Shown here in pieces: positions 9,890 through 19,261 of a stretch of 64,000 nucleotides of DNA. Position numbers and translations under genes: made by a program. Within the stretch, counting starts at the first letter, position 1. Each line of letters begins with the position of its first letter. This DNA is from a virus, in IMG/VR virus record IMGVR_UViG_3300008119_000039, positions 1 through 64,000 of that record; one strand, 5' to 3'. The notes below the pieces were generated by a model. The model saw nothing but the letters and a program-made list of their open reading frames with translations. It did no database searches and had not been told where the DNA came from.

Positions 9890-10898
9890 GCTACAACAAA
9901 ATCGCAGAGAAGCATTCATACGCTGGTACGCATGGTCATTGAAGTATGATGATTGCGACCCAGCAGTATGGGCAACTAACTATATAAACGATCGTTACGA
10001 ACATAACGACGAGCAGAAACTTTGGTTGTGTTGGTTATATGGTAATACATACTATCTGCCAACTGCTTGGGTATTGATGAACGAGTTTCCCGACTATGAG
10101 TTGGCAACTGTTGATCGTATGACTCAATGGAATACTGCTAATTATAAACGTCTACGTTATCAGACTGACACAAAATGGAACAAGGGGCATCTTCCAACCA
10201 TGTTCGCATCGTATCAACAATTCATTGGTGGAAGAACACAAAGGGACAGATTGGAAAGTTATTATGGAAACACTGAGAAGGACAACTTTGATAACTTGTG
10301 GGAAGGCATTAAGTCTAGCTTGCATAAGTTTGGTCGTTACAGTACTTGGTTTTATCTTCAGCATCTTAAGCATACCTCTGGTGTTCGGATCGATCCTACT
10401 TCTCTCATGCTGGACGATTATGATGGCTCTCGCTCTCATCGTAATGGATTACTTTATGCCCTCGGACAAGAAGACAGTGTGGATAGAAAACTCACTGCAG
10501 TGGAGTATGCAAATCTTGAGTCACAAGCCCAAGAGATTCTTGCAGAGACGAAAGCAAGATTTCCAGAACTCGCATCGTCTATAGATTACTTTACAATGGA
10601 AACCTGCCTTTGTTCGTATAAGAAAATCTTTAGAGAACACCACGGCAGATACCTTGGGTATTACCTAGATCGTCAAGCTGAGGAAATTATTAAAGTTGAA
10701 GGTGATGGATGGTATGGTATTGATTGGGATGTGCTGTGGCAATCCCGAGAAGAAACTATTGATTTACGTCTAGATCACAAGCGTGGTATAGATAAAGAAA
10801 AGTTTAAGTATTTTACCAATACAGGTAAAATGGATAATCTTGAGTGGATGTTTGATGATGAACAGCGACAAGCTATTGGACTAGAGGAATTTTTATGA
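9879..10898 (+). CDS. Amino acid:DNA transferase-like protein (aGPT-Pplase2, HhH-glycosylase fold)
   Basis: WLCWLYG, KFGRYSTWFYLQHL, METCLCSYKK motifs; adjacent to a P-loop kinase. Confidence 0.75.
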   Translation: MDYRLQQNRREAFIRWYAWSLKYDDCDPAVWATNYINDRYEHNDEQKLWLCWLYGNTYYLPTAWVLMNEFPDYELATVDRMTQWNTANYKRLRYQTDTKWNKGHLPTMFASYQQFIGGRTQRDRLESYYGNTEKDNFDNLWEGIKSSLHKFGRYSTWFYLQHLKHTSGVRIDPTSLMLDDYDGSRSHRNGLLYALGQEDSVDRKLTAVEYANLESQAQEILAETKARFPELASSIDYFTMETCLCSYKKIFREHHGRYLGYYLDRQAEEIIKVEGDGWYGIDWDVLWQSREETIDLRLDHKRGIDKEKFKYFTNTGKMDNLEWMFDDEQRQAIGLEEFL

Positions 10899-11434
10899 GA
10901 AAATTGATTGCAGTTGGTGGTTCTCCAGGAACAGGTAAAACTACCTTGTTCCGTAAATTTATGGAAGGTAAAACTTGGGAGAGAGTTGAGCCCAAGAAAA
11001 TGTTACCTGCACTCTACTGTGCCGAGTTAGATCTTTACATTCTAGGCAAGTACGAAGATGGTGAAACATTCGCTGGAACAGATCGTTTAAGTATGGCTGT
11101 TCAACCAGTGGCTCAACAGTTCGTTAAGGAAACTACGTCAAATATCTTATTTGAAGGCGATCGTATCTTTAACCAGTCTTTCCTAGAATTCTCTATGGAG
11201 TTACCCGATACCGATCTACAAGTGATATTCCTAAAGGTTCCCAAGGAAATGCTTGAGCAAAGGTATAAGGATCGTGGATCCGACCAATCGGAGATATTCC
11301 TAAAGGGTCGTAATACTAAATATAATAACCTATTGTCAAATTTTGAGTTGATGCCGTACATTACTGAGTTTGTGAACACTAACTTAGAGGAGCAGGGGAA
11401 AGTTCTAACCTTTTTAGAAGGTCAATTAGGGTAA
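10895..11434 (+). CDS. P-loop nucleotide kinase (5hmU-DNA kinase-like)
   Basis: GGSPGTGKTT, LGKY...GTDRLS, LFEGDR; coupled to the aGPT-Pplase2-like gene. Confidence 0.75.
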   Translation: MRKLIAVGGSPGTGKTTLFRKFMEGKTWERVEPKKMLPALYCAELDLYILGKYEDGETFAGTDRLSMAVQPVAQQFVKETTSNILFEGDRIFNQSFLEFSMELPDTDLQVIFLKVPKEMLEQRYKDRGSDQSEIFLKGRNTKYNNLLSNFELMPYITEFVNTNLEEQGKVLTFLEGQLG

Positions 11435-11454
11435 GGATAGGACTTTCTAGGATT

Positions 11455-12162
11455 ATGAATTACCTAGAAACCGCAGACTTCAATTGGATGGAAATGCTCA
11501 ATTTCTATGAGCAACCATTTAGAGCTAAACTCATTCCATCAAAAGTATGGAGAGATCTCGACAAGTATAAAAACGATAGCGTTGGTTTAGCCAACTATAC
11601 TAAAAAGTGGCGTACCAAAATAGAGTTTAGAAAAGCACCATCTGCAGCAAAGGTTTGGAAAACCTACGCATCAATCGGTGGTGAATATTCCCCAGATGAA
11701 CGTCAGTGTGCCTTACAAATCTACACACTGGACTTTGATAAGTTTCCATTCACCAAGGTATCTTGGGATAGATTTAAGTATCGCTTTATTCAAACTCTGA
11801 TGCACGAGTTGATTCACTTTATGCAGTACGATCGTCGTGGTGACGAGTGGAGCAATTACGTATTACCGCATAAGAAAGTTGGTCACATTAAGAAAGATGC
11901 TGAGCGTAGATATCTTTCTGAGTTTGATGAGATACAAGCATACGCTCATTGCATTTATCTAGACTTTAAAATGTTTCGCCCAAGATTAGAGATAGAAACT
12001 TTACTTGGCAGAGCGGGACAATATACAGATTCAAAGACTTTACATTACTTCCTAAAGACATTCAACTACGACTACAAGAATAACGCTGCGATTCCAAAGA
12101 TAATGCAGCAGATTATCAAGTGGGACAACAAGTATCAACGATACGCCAACAAGCCTAAATAG
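11455..12162 (+). CDS. HExxH zinc metallopeptidase-like protein
   Basis: MHELIHFMQ...EIQAYA; ACTAAATA late-like motif at 11315-11322. Confidence 0.55.
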   Translation: MNYLETADFNWMEMLNFYEQPFRAKLIPSKVWRDLDKYKNDSVGLANYTKKWRTKIEFRKAPSAAKVWKTYASIGGEYSPDERQCALQIYTLDFDKFPFTKVSWDRFKYRFIQTLMHELIHFMQYDRRGDEWSNYVLPHKKVGHIKKDAERRYLSEFDEIQAYAHCIYLDFKMFRPRLEIETLLGRAGQYTDSKTLHYFLKTFNYDYKNNAAIPKIMQQIIKWDNKYQRYANKPK

Positions 12163-12181
12163 TAGTCTAATAGGATTACTA
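12154..12181 (+). promoter_or_regulatory. T4-type late promoter plus RBS-sequestering hairpin
   Basis: CCTAAATA at 12154-12161; TAGTAGTCT/GGATTACTA stem covers the GGA RBS and the A of ATG 12181. Confidence 0.6.
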
Positions 12182-13501
12182 TGGCAACAGATTATTCAAA
12201 ACTAGCAACATCAGCCAAGAAGATGGTAGATTATCTTTCTACCAAAGGTATCAAGGTATCTTTAAAATCTTCAAGATATAAAAACTGTTGGTATAACTGC
12301 AACAGTTACTGACCTAACTCCCACAGAAGAAAAAGCAATTTCTGGTAAGTACAAAGCCAAGCTAATGACTCTTACCAAAGTTCTTGGTACTATTGCCAAG
12401 GGTGAAACCTTTTACATTGTAAATACCTATACTGAAAAAGGTACGCTAAAAACAAAAGAGTTAGCACCAGAAAAGTTTAATCTAACTACTAGCAAATACA
12501 CAACACTAGAATCTCTGGATAAAGCTGTATTGACTGGTATTAAAGAAAACGCTACCCTACCATCAGATATTAAAGTTGTGCTAACAGAATTATATAAAAC
12601 AGTTAGCACAAACAAAAACCCCAAAGACATTATTCCAATGACTACTCCAGCCAAGAAATCACTTGCTGGAGTTAAGCCACAAGACAAACAAGCTATTGGT
12701 AAAGACTTTGGTGAAGTTCTTTCTATGCGTTGGTATTTAACTCAACCATTTGCTTCCACTTGGCAACAAGCATTCTTTTCAGATATTAGTAATGAAGCAT
12801 TGGTAGACTTTGTTGTTATGAAAAAATCTGGCAAAGAAACTATTCGTACTGACATATCAGCAAAGTTTGAAGCAGGTGCTGCACCATCTATTGGTGCCAT
12901 TGTTACTAATATTGATAAAGTTTATAAAGCTCCAAACAAAGATGAAGCCATTGTAATTAATGTGCTAAAAGCATTGGCTGGCGAAAATGATAATACATCA
13001 ACTAAGATTTTAGCTGCCATGAAATCTCTTAATCTGCCAGCGTATACCACACTAAAGAAAACTATTGGTGCCAAAGGTAACTTTACTATTCAAGATATTT
13101 CTGCACATATTCAACAGATTGCCAAAGTAGGTAAAACTGATAAGGCTAGAATTAAATTATTTAAATCTACATATGAAGAGTTTTATAATGTTCTTGGTAA
13201 AAACGCAAGCGATGATTCTGTTAATATTGTAATGACACCAACTACATATAAAAAGTATTATTCATTGGTAATGGCACCAATGGGTTATGCCCTAGTTGAT
13301 TATATGAATAAACAACCACAGTATCAAGAAGTGTTAAATAAGATTAGTCAGTATATGAAAACCGAGCAAGTATACTTAAATTTCTCTGGTGATAACCTAG
13401 AGTTTAAAAAGAAACTGTTTTCAAAGGCTGAGTTTAAATTTGCCTACGGAGCCAACGCTAAAGACTCCGACAACACAGGCATCAAGTTCTCTATGAAATA
13501 A
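12181..13501 (+). pseudogene. Frameshifted hypothetical protein, possibly PD-(D/E)xK nuclease-like
   Basis: ATG 12181 frame stops at 12312; the +1 frame is open from about 12281 to 13501; DFGE...VDF...ISAK motif. Confidence 0.5.
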
Positions 13502-13562
13502 CCCTCAATTTCTGAGGGGATTACATAAATCGCTTGACTTTAATTGCAAGATAAGGTATAAT
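13501..13562 (+). promoter_or_regulatory. Stem-loop plus sigma70-type promoter cassette
   Basis: ACCCT-N9-AGGG hairpin, then TTGACT-TTAATTG..-TATAAT (13534-13562). Confidence 0.75.
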
Positions 13563-13568
13563 AAAGGT

Positions 13569-14798
13569 ATGAAGTTGAAAAGTTTAAAGGGTTTTATAGT
13601 CGAAGAAAAGAATACCCACATGGAACATCTAGAAGATCTAGTGTTCAATGAAGGTACAGTCGGCACTCAAAAAGCCATCAACTTTATCAAAGACCTCCGT
13701 GATATGTTGGCAGGTCACAGCAAAACTAAAATCTCAGCCACGGTAAAGTGGGATGGTGCACCAGCTATCTTTGCTGGTATCGATCCAAGAGATGGCAAGT
13801 TCTTTATCGCCAAAAAAGGTGTATTCAATAAAGAGCCAAAGATTTATAAAACTGCCGCAGAAATTGATGCTGATACAGATGGCGATCTAGCCGCAAAATT
13901 CAAAGTTGCTCTTACTGAGTTTAAGAAACTTGGTATCAAGTCTGGTGTGTATCAAGGCGATCTAATGTTTACCAAATCTGACTTAAAGAAACAAGTCATT
14001 GATGGCGAGTCATACATTACCTTTCACCCAAACACTATTGTGTATGCTGTTCCAGAAAACAGCGACCTAGCCACGAAAATCAAGAAAGCAAAGATTGGTG
14101 TTGTATGGCATACTACCTATACTGGAACTTCATTTGAAACAATGAAAGCATCCTTTGGTAAAGGTATTGTTGAACACTTAACAGCTTCACCAAGTATCTG
14201 GATGGATGATGCCACATATAAAGACTACTCTGGCACTGCTTCTTTTACTGCCGATGAAACCGTAAAACTAAATTCTATTATTACCGCAGCCCAAGCTAAA
14301 TTAAATAGTATTACGCCAGCAGCTTTAAATGCCATAAGTCAAAATGAAGAATTGTTAATTCAGATTAAAACATACAACAATACAAAGATTCGTTCTGGTG
14401 AGGGATTCGCAAATACCAAAGAACACGTTAAAGGATTGTTTGATTATATCCACGCTAAACTAGAACCAAAGCAAAAAACCGAAAAGGGTAAAGCTGCTGG
14501 TGAAGCAAAACGCAAAGAAATATTAAAATACTTTGCTGAGCATAAACCAAGTGATGTTCAAGCAATCTTTGATCTAGTCAATATTCTTACCGATGCCAAA
14601 GAAATGGTTGTCACAAAGATGAATCAAGCTGGTCATATTTCTACGTTTCTTAAAACTGCAAGCGGATTTAAAACAACAAGCGTTGAGGGATTTGTTGCCA
14701 TTGATAGATTGAAGGGTGGTGCTGTTAAAGTTATTAACCGCATGGAATTTAGTCGTTCAAATTTCTCTGCTGACATTATCAAAGGGTGGCAAAGATGA
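13569..14798 (+). CDS. Conserved T4-like phage protein with ATP-dependent ligase/nucleotidyltransferase-like motifs
   Basis: TVKWDGAP (KxDG), YQGDLMF, VEGFVA, KVINR; capsid-targeting-like N-terminus KSLKGFIVE. Confidence 0.65.
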   Translation: MKLKSLKGFIVEEKNTHMEHLEDLVFNEGTVGTQKAINFIKDLRDMLAGHSKTKISATVKWDGAPAIFAGIDPRDGKFFIAKKGVFNKEPKIYKTAAEIDADTDGDLAAKFKVALTEFKKLGIKSGVYQGDLMFTKSDLKKQVIDGESYITFHPNTIVYAVPENSDLATKIKKAKIGVVWHTTYTGTSFETMKASFGKGIVEHLTASPSIWMDDATYKDYSGTASFTADETVKLNSIITAAQAKLNSITPAALNAISQNEELLIQIKTYNNTKIRSGEGFANTKEHVKGLFDYIHAKLEPKQKTEKGKAAGEAKRKEILKYFAEHKPSDVQAIFDLVNILTDAKEMVVTKMNQAGHISTFLKTASGFKTTSVEGFVAIDRLKGGAVKVINRMEFSRSNFSADIIKGWQR

Positions 14799-15133
14799 AA
14801 TATATTTTAGTAGCTGCACTATTTTTAAGCGGATGTTCAGTAATATTACCAGTTAAACACGACCCAGCATTATTCAATAATCTAGTTGAAGTTAAGGTTG
14901 CTGTTGATAAACTAAATTGTGAAAACAAAGACTGGTTAGATGCGCAAAATAAAATTACACATCTAAGAGTTTATACTGAATTGAGAAAAGACCCACAAGC
15001 AAATTCTGTGGTTCAACTTGGTGAAGCGATCGAAAAGGCAAAACAATCTAACAACAAGACGTTTTGTGAGTCTATTTTAAGAATCAATAAGACTCGCATT
15101 GACGTTATCGCAGACGCATGGAGAGGCAGATGA
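14795..15133 (+). CDS. Lipoprotein
   Basis: Signal peptide with lipobox LSGC. Confidence 0.7.
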   Translation: MKYILVAALFLSGCSVILPVKHDPALFNNLVEVKVAVDKLNCENKDWLDAQNKITHLRVYTELRKDPQANSVVQLGEAIEKAKQSNNKTFCESILRINKTRIDVIADAWRGR

Positions 15134-15363
15134 TTCTAGAAGAATTAAGAGAAGTGGCTGGAGTAGGTGGACCTGCTGCACAATTAGCCAATGAACTATT
15201 GGTATTAGCCGATAAAAAGGCTATTGGTGAGTTAAGTCAAGAAGAGTTTGAGTATCTAGTTAGAGAAATCGCTGATATACGTGCTCAACAGGATTTAGCC
15301 AATGATGAGATTGCTTGTCGTTGGATCGTTGCTGCTGCCCAAGCTATTATTTCTGTGGTGTAG
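15130..15363 (+). CDS. Hypothetical protein
   Basis: ATGA overlap with the upstream gene, GGAG RBS. Confidence 0.65.
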   Translation: MILEELREVAGVGGPAAQLANELLVLADKKAIGELSQEEFEYLVREIADIRAQQDLANDEIACRWIVAAAQAIISVV

Positions 15364-15376
15364 GAGATAGAGAAAA

Positions 15377-15384
15377 GCTAAATA
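15377..15384 (+). promoter_or_regulatory. T4-type late promoter
   Basis: GCTAAATA about 35 bp upstream of the ATG. Confidence 0.6.
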
Positions 15385-15418
15385 ATAGGTTGAAACTACA
15401 ATTTTATAGATGGATTAA

Positions 15419-17887
15419 ATGAAGAAATACAGACAATTAATAAAAGAACTTCCTACAAAGAAAGTAGTGTTTGCCTTTGGTCGGTTCAATCCACCGACAA
15501 CAGGTCACGAATTGCTTGTAAAGACAGTCAAAAAGCTGGCTAGCACTGGTAGTGCTGACCACGCCATCTACGCTTCAAAAACTCAAGATGCTAAAAAGAA
15601 TCCACTCTCAGTGGATAAAAAAGTTCAGTACCTTGGCAAAATGTTCCCAAGCACAAAGTTTGTGGCTGCCAATCAAAACGTAAGAACTTACATCGAAGCA
15701 GTTAAAGAACTCAATAAAAAATACAAAAACCTTGTTATGGTCGCAGGTAGTGACCGTGTTCAAGCGTATCAAGAATTACTAAACAAATACAACGGCAAAG
15801 AATTTCACTTTGATACTATCGAAGTAGTATCTGCAGGTGAGCGTGATCCAGACGCAGATGATGCTTCTGGCATGTCTGGAACAAAGATGCGTAGCTTAGC
15901 TTCAAAAGGAGATTATTCTTCTTTCAAGAAAGGGTTGCCCTCAACCTTACGTGATATTGACGGTAAGCGTTTGATGAATGATGTGCGTTTAGGTATGGGC
16001 ATTGAAGCTATCAAAGAACAAGTTCGTTTTGACGTTGATGCTTTACGTGAGGAATTCTTCAAAGGTAAGATTTACACAGTTGGTCAATTTGTTGAGTCAG
16101 ACAATCAACGTTACGAAATCATTGATCGTGGTAGCAACTATCTTGTGCTAGTAAACAGCACAGGAGAAACTTGTAAGAAGTGGATTCAAGATGTTACTTT
16201 ATCTGAAGACCAATTACAAGAAGATGTTACAGGTGGACCAGCCCCAGAGCAAATTACATTTAAAGGTTACACAACTAAAAACTTTGGCAGAACTGCTGAT
16301 GCAGCCAAAGCGTTTCAAGATACAATCGCTCGTGCTTCAGAAAAAGATCCAGTGGCAGTTTTGAATGCGTTAAAGTCAACTGACACTTATATGGGTATTA
16401 ATGATCGTCACATTGCTGGCGAAGAATTAACTGACGCTGAGATTACTCAGTGGAAAGAAGCTAGAGTTAAAGCACAAGAATCATTGGCTCGTGTTGGAGA
16501 ATTTATGCATCATATGGATTACTTCCATACGCATGAACACGAACTAGAAGGTCTATTAACCAATTTCAAAGATAGCGGTAAAGGCGAATTTATGGAAGCA
16601 TTATCAGATAAGACATTACGTCCAACAGACAAGATTAAAGTTGCACGTATTATTGCTACTATGCTGGGAGTTGATAAAGTTGAAGCAACTGCAAACCCAG
16701 AGTTGTTGGTCAATACTGCATTGCGCAGAATTAAGACCAAGACATTAAATCCTGAAGCACTTAACATTGTAAATAAGATGTTGGCTTTGGCAAACGAAAT
16801 GGGCATCGATTACGATACAAATCTTATCCCACAGAAATTACAAGTTACGGAAGATGCTTCTGTAGTTGAGTTTGATCCAAAGAAAACGAATAATATCGCT
16901 CAAGGTATTATGACGTTTGATGATTACCAAAAGCTAAAACGCATGACCAATAAAGCTGGACACAGTCTTGGTCACGAAGATAATGATACATTGCGCAAGA
17001 TGAAAGTCAAGCACATGACTGAAGCCAGTGCACTGGAAAGATTCCGTGCCGCAGCTGCTGAGCGTGAAAAGAAACACGATGAGATTGAGCGTAAGCGTAA
17101 AGAAGATGCAGCAAAAGGCAAAGAAAATATGTCTGGTGCCATTGATCGTTTGGAAAAACACCTAAACAAAGAAGAAACTATTCAAGAAGATGAATTAGCC
17201 ACTTCTGATTATAAGTTATCCGCCAGTGGTCGTAAAATTCGTGCTCATCGTATCAAAGTTGGCGACAATAAAAAAGATGATGTGGAAGATATGAAAGAAG
17301 AAGCTGATATGTCTCACATTGAAGACCATAAAGATCAGCAAGAGAAAAATATCGAAGACCAGTTAATGGCTGAGTTAGATTTAACTGACGAGCAAATTGA
17401 TCACATTGTTGATTCTGCTCAAGAAGATGACTTTATCGAAGAGTATGATGATGAAGAATTATCTATTGTTGATGAAGACAGTGGCGAAGAAATCCCAGAA
17501 GAAGAATACACTGGTGTCAATGAAGAAAAACTAATGGAAGTTCTATCCAAAGTAGAACGCATCCGTGCTCGTTTACGTTTTGCTAAAACCAAAGGCAAGC
17601 GTGAGCGTAAAGCACAAATTGCCCTAAGAACACGTTCGACAAATGCTGTTGCAAATAAACGTGCACGTCGTTTGGCAATTAAGTTAATGAAGAATCGTTT
17701 ACTGCGTGGTAGAGATGCCAACAAAATCTCCATTGGTGAGAAAGAACGCATTGAACGTATAATCCAAAAACGTAAAGTTATCGTTGGACGTATTGCTTTA
17801 AAGTTAGTACCACGCATCCGTCAGATTGAGAAGTCACGTTTATCACATACTAAATTTACAAAAGGTGCACCAAATGTTGCGTTTTAA
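15419..17887 (+). CDS. Cytidylyltransferase-like (HIGH family) domain fused to long charged modular C-terminus; probable capsid-internal protein
   Basis: FAFGRFNPPTTGH, VAGSDR, SAGERDPD, MSGTKMR; N-terminus MKKYRQLIKE resembles the T4 capsid-targeting sequence. Confidence 0.8.
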   Translation: MKKYRQLIKELPTKKVVFAFGRFNPPTTGHELLVKTVKKLASTGSADHAIYASKTQDAKKNPLSVDKKVQYLGKMFPSTKFVAANQNVRTYIEAVKELNKKYKNLVMVAGSDRVQAYQELLNKYNGKEFHFDTIEVVSAGERDPDADDASGMSGTKMRSLASKGDYSSFKKGLPSTLRDIDGKRLMNDVRLGMGIEAIKEQVRFDVDALREEFFKGKIYTVGQFVESDNQRYEIIDRGSNYLVLVNSTGETCKKWIQDVTLSEDQLQEDVTGGPAPEQITFKGYTTKNFGRTADAAKAFQDTIARASEKDPVAVLNALKSTDTYMGINDRHIAGEELTDAEITQWKEARVKAQESLARVGEFMHHMDYFHTHEHELEGLLTNFKDSGKGEFMEALSDKTLRPTDKIKVARIIATMLGVDKVEATANPELLVNTALRRIKTKTLNPEALNIVNKMLALANEMGIDYDTNLIPQKLQVTEDASVVEFDPKKTNNIAQGIMTFDDYQKLKRMTNKAGHSLGHEDNDTLRKMKVKHMTEASALERFRAAAAEREKKHDEIERKRKEDAAKGKENMSGAIDRLEKHLNKEETIQEDELATSDYKLSASGRKIRAHRIKVGDNKKDDVEDMKEEADMSHIEDHKDQQEKNIEDQLMAELDLTDEQIDHIVDSAQEDDFIEEYDDEELSIVDEDSGEEIPEEEYTGVNEEKLMEVLSKVERIRARLRFAKTKGKRERKAQIALRTRSTNAVANKRARRLAIKLMKNRLLRGRDANKISIGEKERIERIIQKRKVIVGRIALKLVPRIRQIEKSRLSHTKFTKGAPNVAF

Positions 17888-18809
17888 AGAATACATCTCA
17901 GAAGTAAAGACATGTAACTGTTGGAATGGTTACAAGCGTGTTCCAGGAACTAAGCCATGTGAGCCAGGTTCTTGTGTTAAAGAATCTGCCATTGCTGAAG
18001 GTGGTCTCTGGGATAATATCCACGCTAAACAAAAACGTATTAAGGCTGGTTCTGGTGAACGTATGCGCAAACCTGGAAGCAAAGGTGCTCCAACTGATGC
18101 TGCGTTAAAAGCATCTCAAAATGAAGAAGTTGAACAGATTGATGAGTTAGATACAAAAACTTTAAAATCTTATGTTAATAAAAATCTAAAGTCTAATGAC
18201 ACTAGCTCTAAAAGAGATACTGGATTGTATACAGCGACTAATAAAATTGCTAAAACACAAGCAACTTCAACATTAGATAAAAAAGTTAAAACACTTGGTA
18301 ACACATCAGCAAGAGATCATAAAAATCCATATGAGTATGAAGCATCTCGTTCTGAATTAAAGAACAGAGGATCTCATAATTTTGCAGGACGCAAAACTAA
18401 AACTGAAGAAGTTGACCTAGAAGAAACAACCCCATACTACAACAAACCATCTTTTCTAAAGAAGATGTCTCGTATTGCTAAACAAGAACGCCAAGCACGT
18501 GAAAAAAAAGAAGCCGAAGCTAAGAAACCAGTTAAAGAAGAAACTATGGATGAAGCAGCCATCGATGCTAAAGGGCACAAAAGTTCTACTGGTGGTTTAA
18601 CTCAAAAGGGACGTGATGCATACAATGCTAAAGGTGCTAATCTACAAGCACCAGTAACTACCCCACCATCAAAGTTAAAAGCTGGCAGCAAAGCATACAA
18701 TCGTCGCAAGTCTTTCTGTGCTCGTATGAGTGGCGTTGATGGTCCAATGAAAGATGAAAAGGGTCGTCCGACTCGTAAAGCACTAGCACTACGTAAATGG
18801 AATTGTTAA
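17874..18809 (+). CDS. Modular basic polyprotein, probable capsid-internal protein
   Basis: MLRFKEYISE N-terminus; linkers EEVEQIDE, EEVDLEE, EETMDE; C-terminal RRKSFCARM...ALRKWNC module. Confidence 0.75.
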   Translation: MLRFKEYISEVKTCNCWNGYKRVPGTKPCEPGSCVKESAIAEGGLWDNIHAKQKRIKAGSGERMRKPGSKGAPTDAALKASQNEEVEQIDELDTKTLKSYVNKNLKSNDTSSKRDTGLYTATNKIAKTQATSTLDKKVKTLGNTSARDHKNPYEYEASRSELKNRGSHNFAGRKTKTEEVDLEETTPYYNKPSFLKKMSRIAKQERQAREKKEAEAKKPVKEETMDEAAIDAKGHKSSTGGLTQKGRDAYNAKGANLQAPVTTPPSKLKAGSKAYNRRKSFCARMSGVDGPMKDEKGRPTRKALALRKWNC

Positions 18810-18810
18810 T

Positions 18811-19260
18811 ATGGATGAATTGAAATTATCTCTTAAAATAACATTAGCAAATACATTTTTAATGTATTTCAAAACACAATCCTATCACTGGAATGTTGAA
18901 GGTATGTTCTTCCCGTTGTTCCACGATTTCTTTGGTGAACTTTACCAAGAAGTCTACGGAGCAGTTGATCCTCTTGCAGAAGAAATTCGTGCACTTGATG
19001 ATTACGCTCCGATGTCTCTTGACGAGTTGCACAGTACTGCAACTGTTAAAGAAGATGTAGTAAGACCAGTACTCATAAGAGATATGCTGGAAAACTTGCA
19101 ACAAGCTAATCAAGAAGTCTTAGATAGCCTAAATAAAGTGTTCGATCTAGCAACAGCAGAAAAAGAGCAAGGACTTGCTGATTTTGCTGGCAGCAGAATA
19201 GATGCCCATAAGAAACATGCTTGGATGATTCGTTCAAGTCTAAAAAAGATAGAGGAATAA
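18811..19260 (+). CDS. dps: Dps/ferritin-like DNA protection protein
   Basis: HWNVEG..F..FH..F.ELY, D.LAEEIRAL, HKKHAWMIRS. Confidence 0.9.
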   Translation: MDELKLSLKITLANTFLMYFKTQSYHWNVEGMFFPLFHDFFGELYQEVYGAVDPLAEEIRALDDYAPMSLDELHSTATVKEDVVRPVLIRDMLENLQQANQEVLDSLNKVFDLATAEKEQGLADFAGSRIDAHKKHAWMIRSSLKKIEE

Positions 19261-19261
19261 T

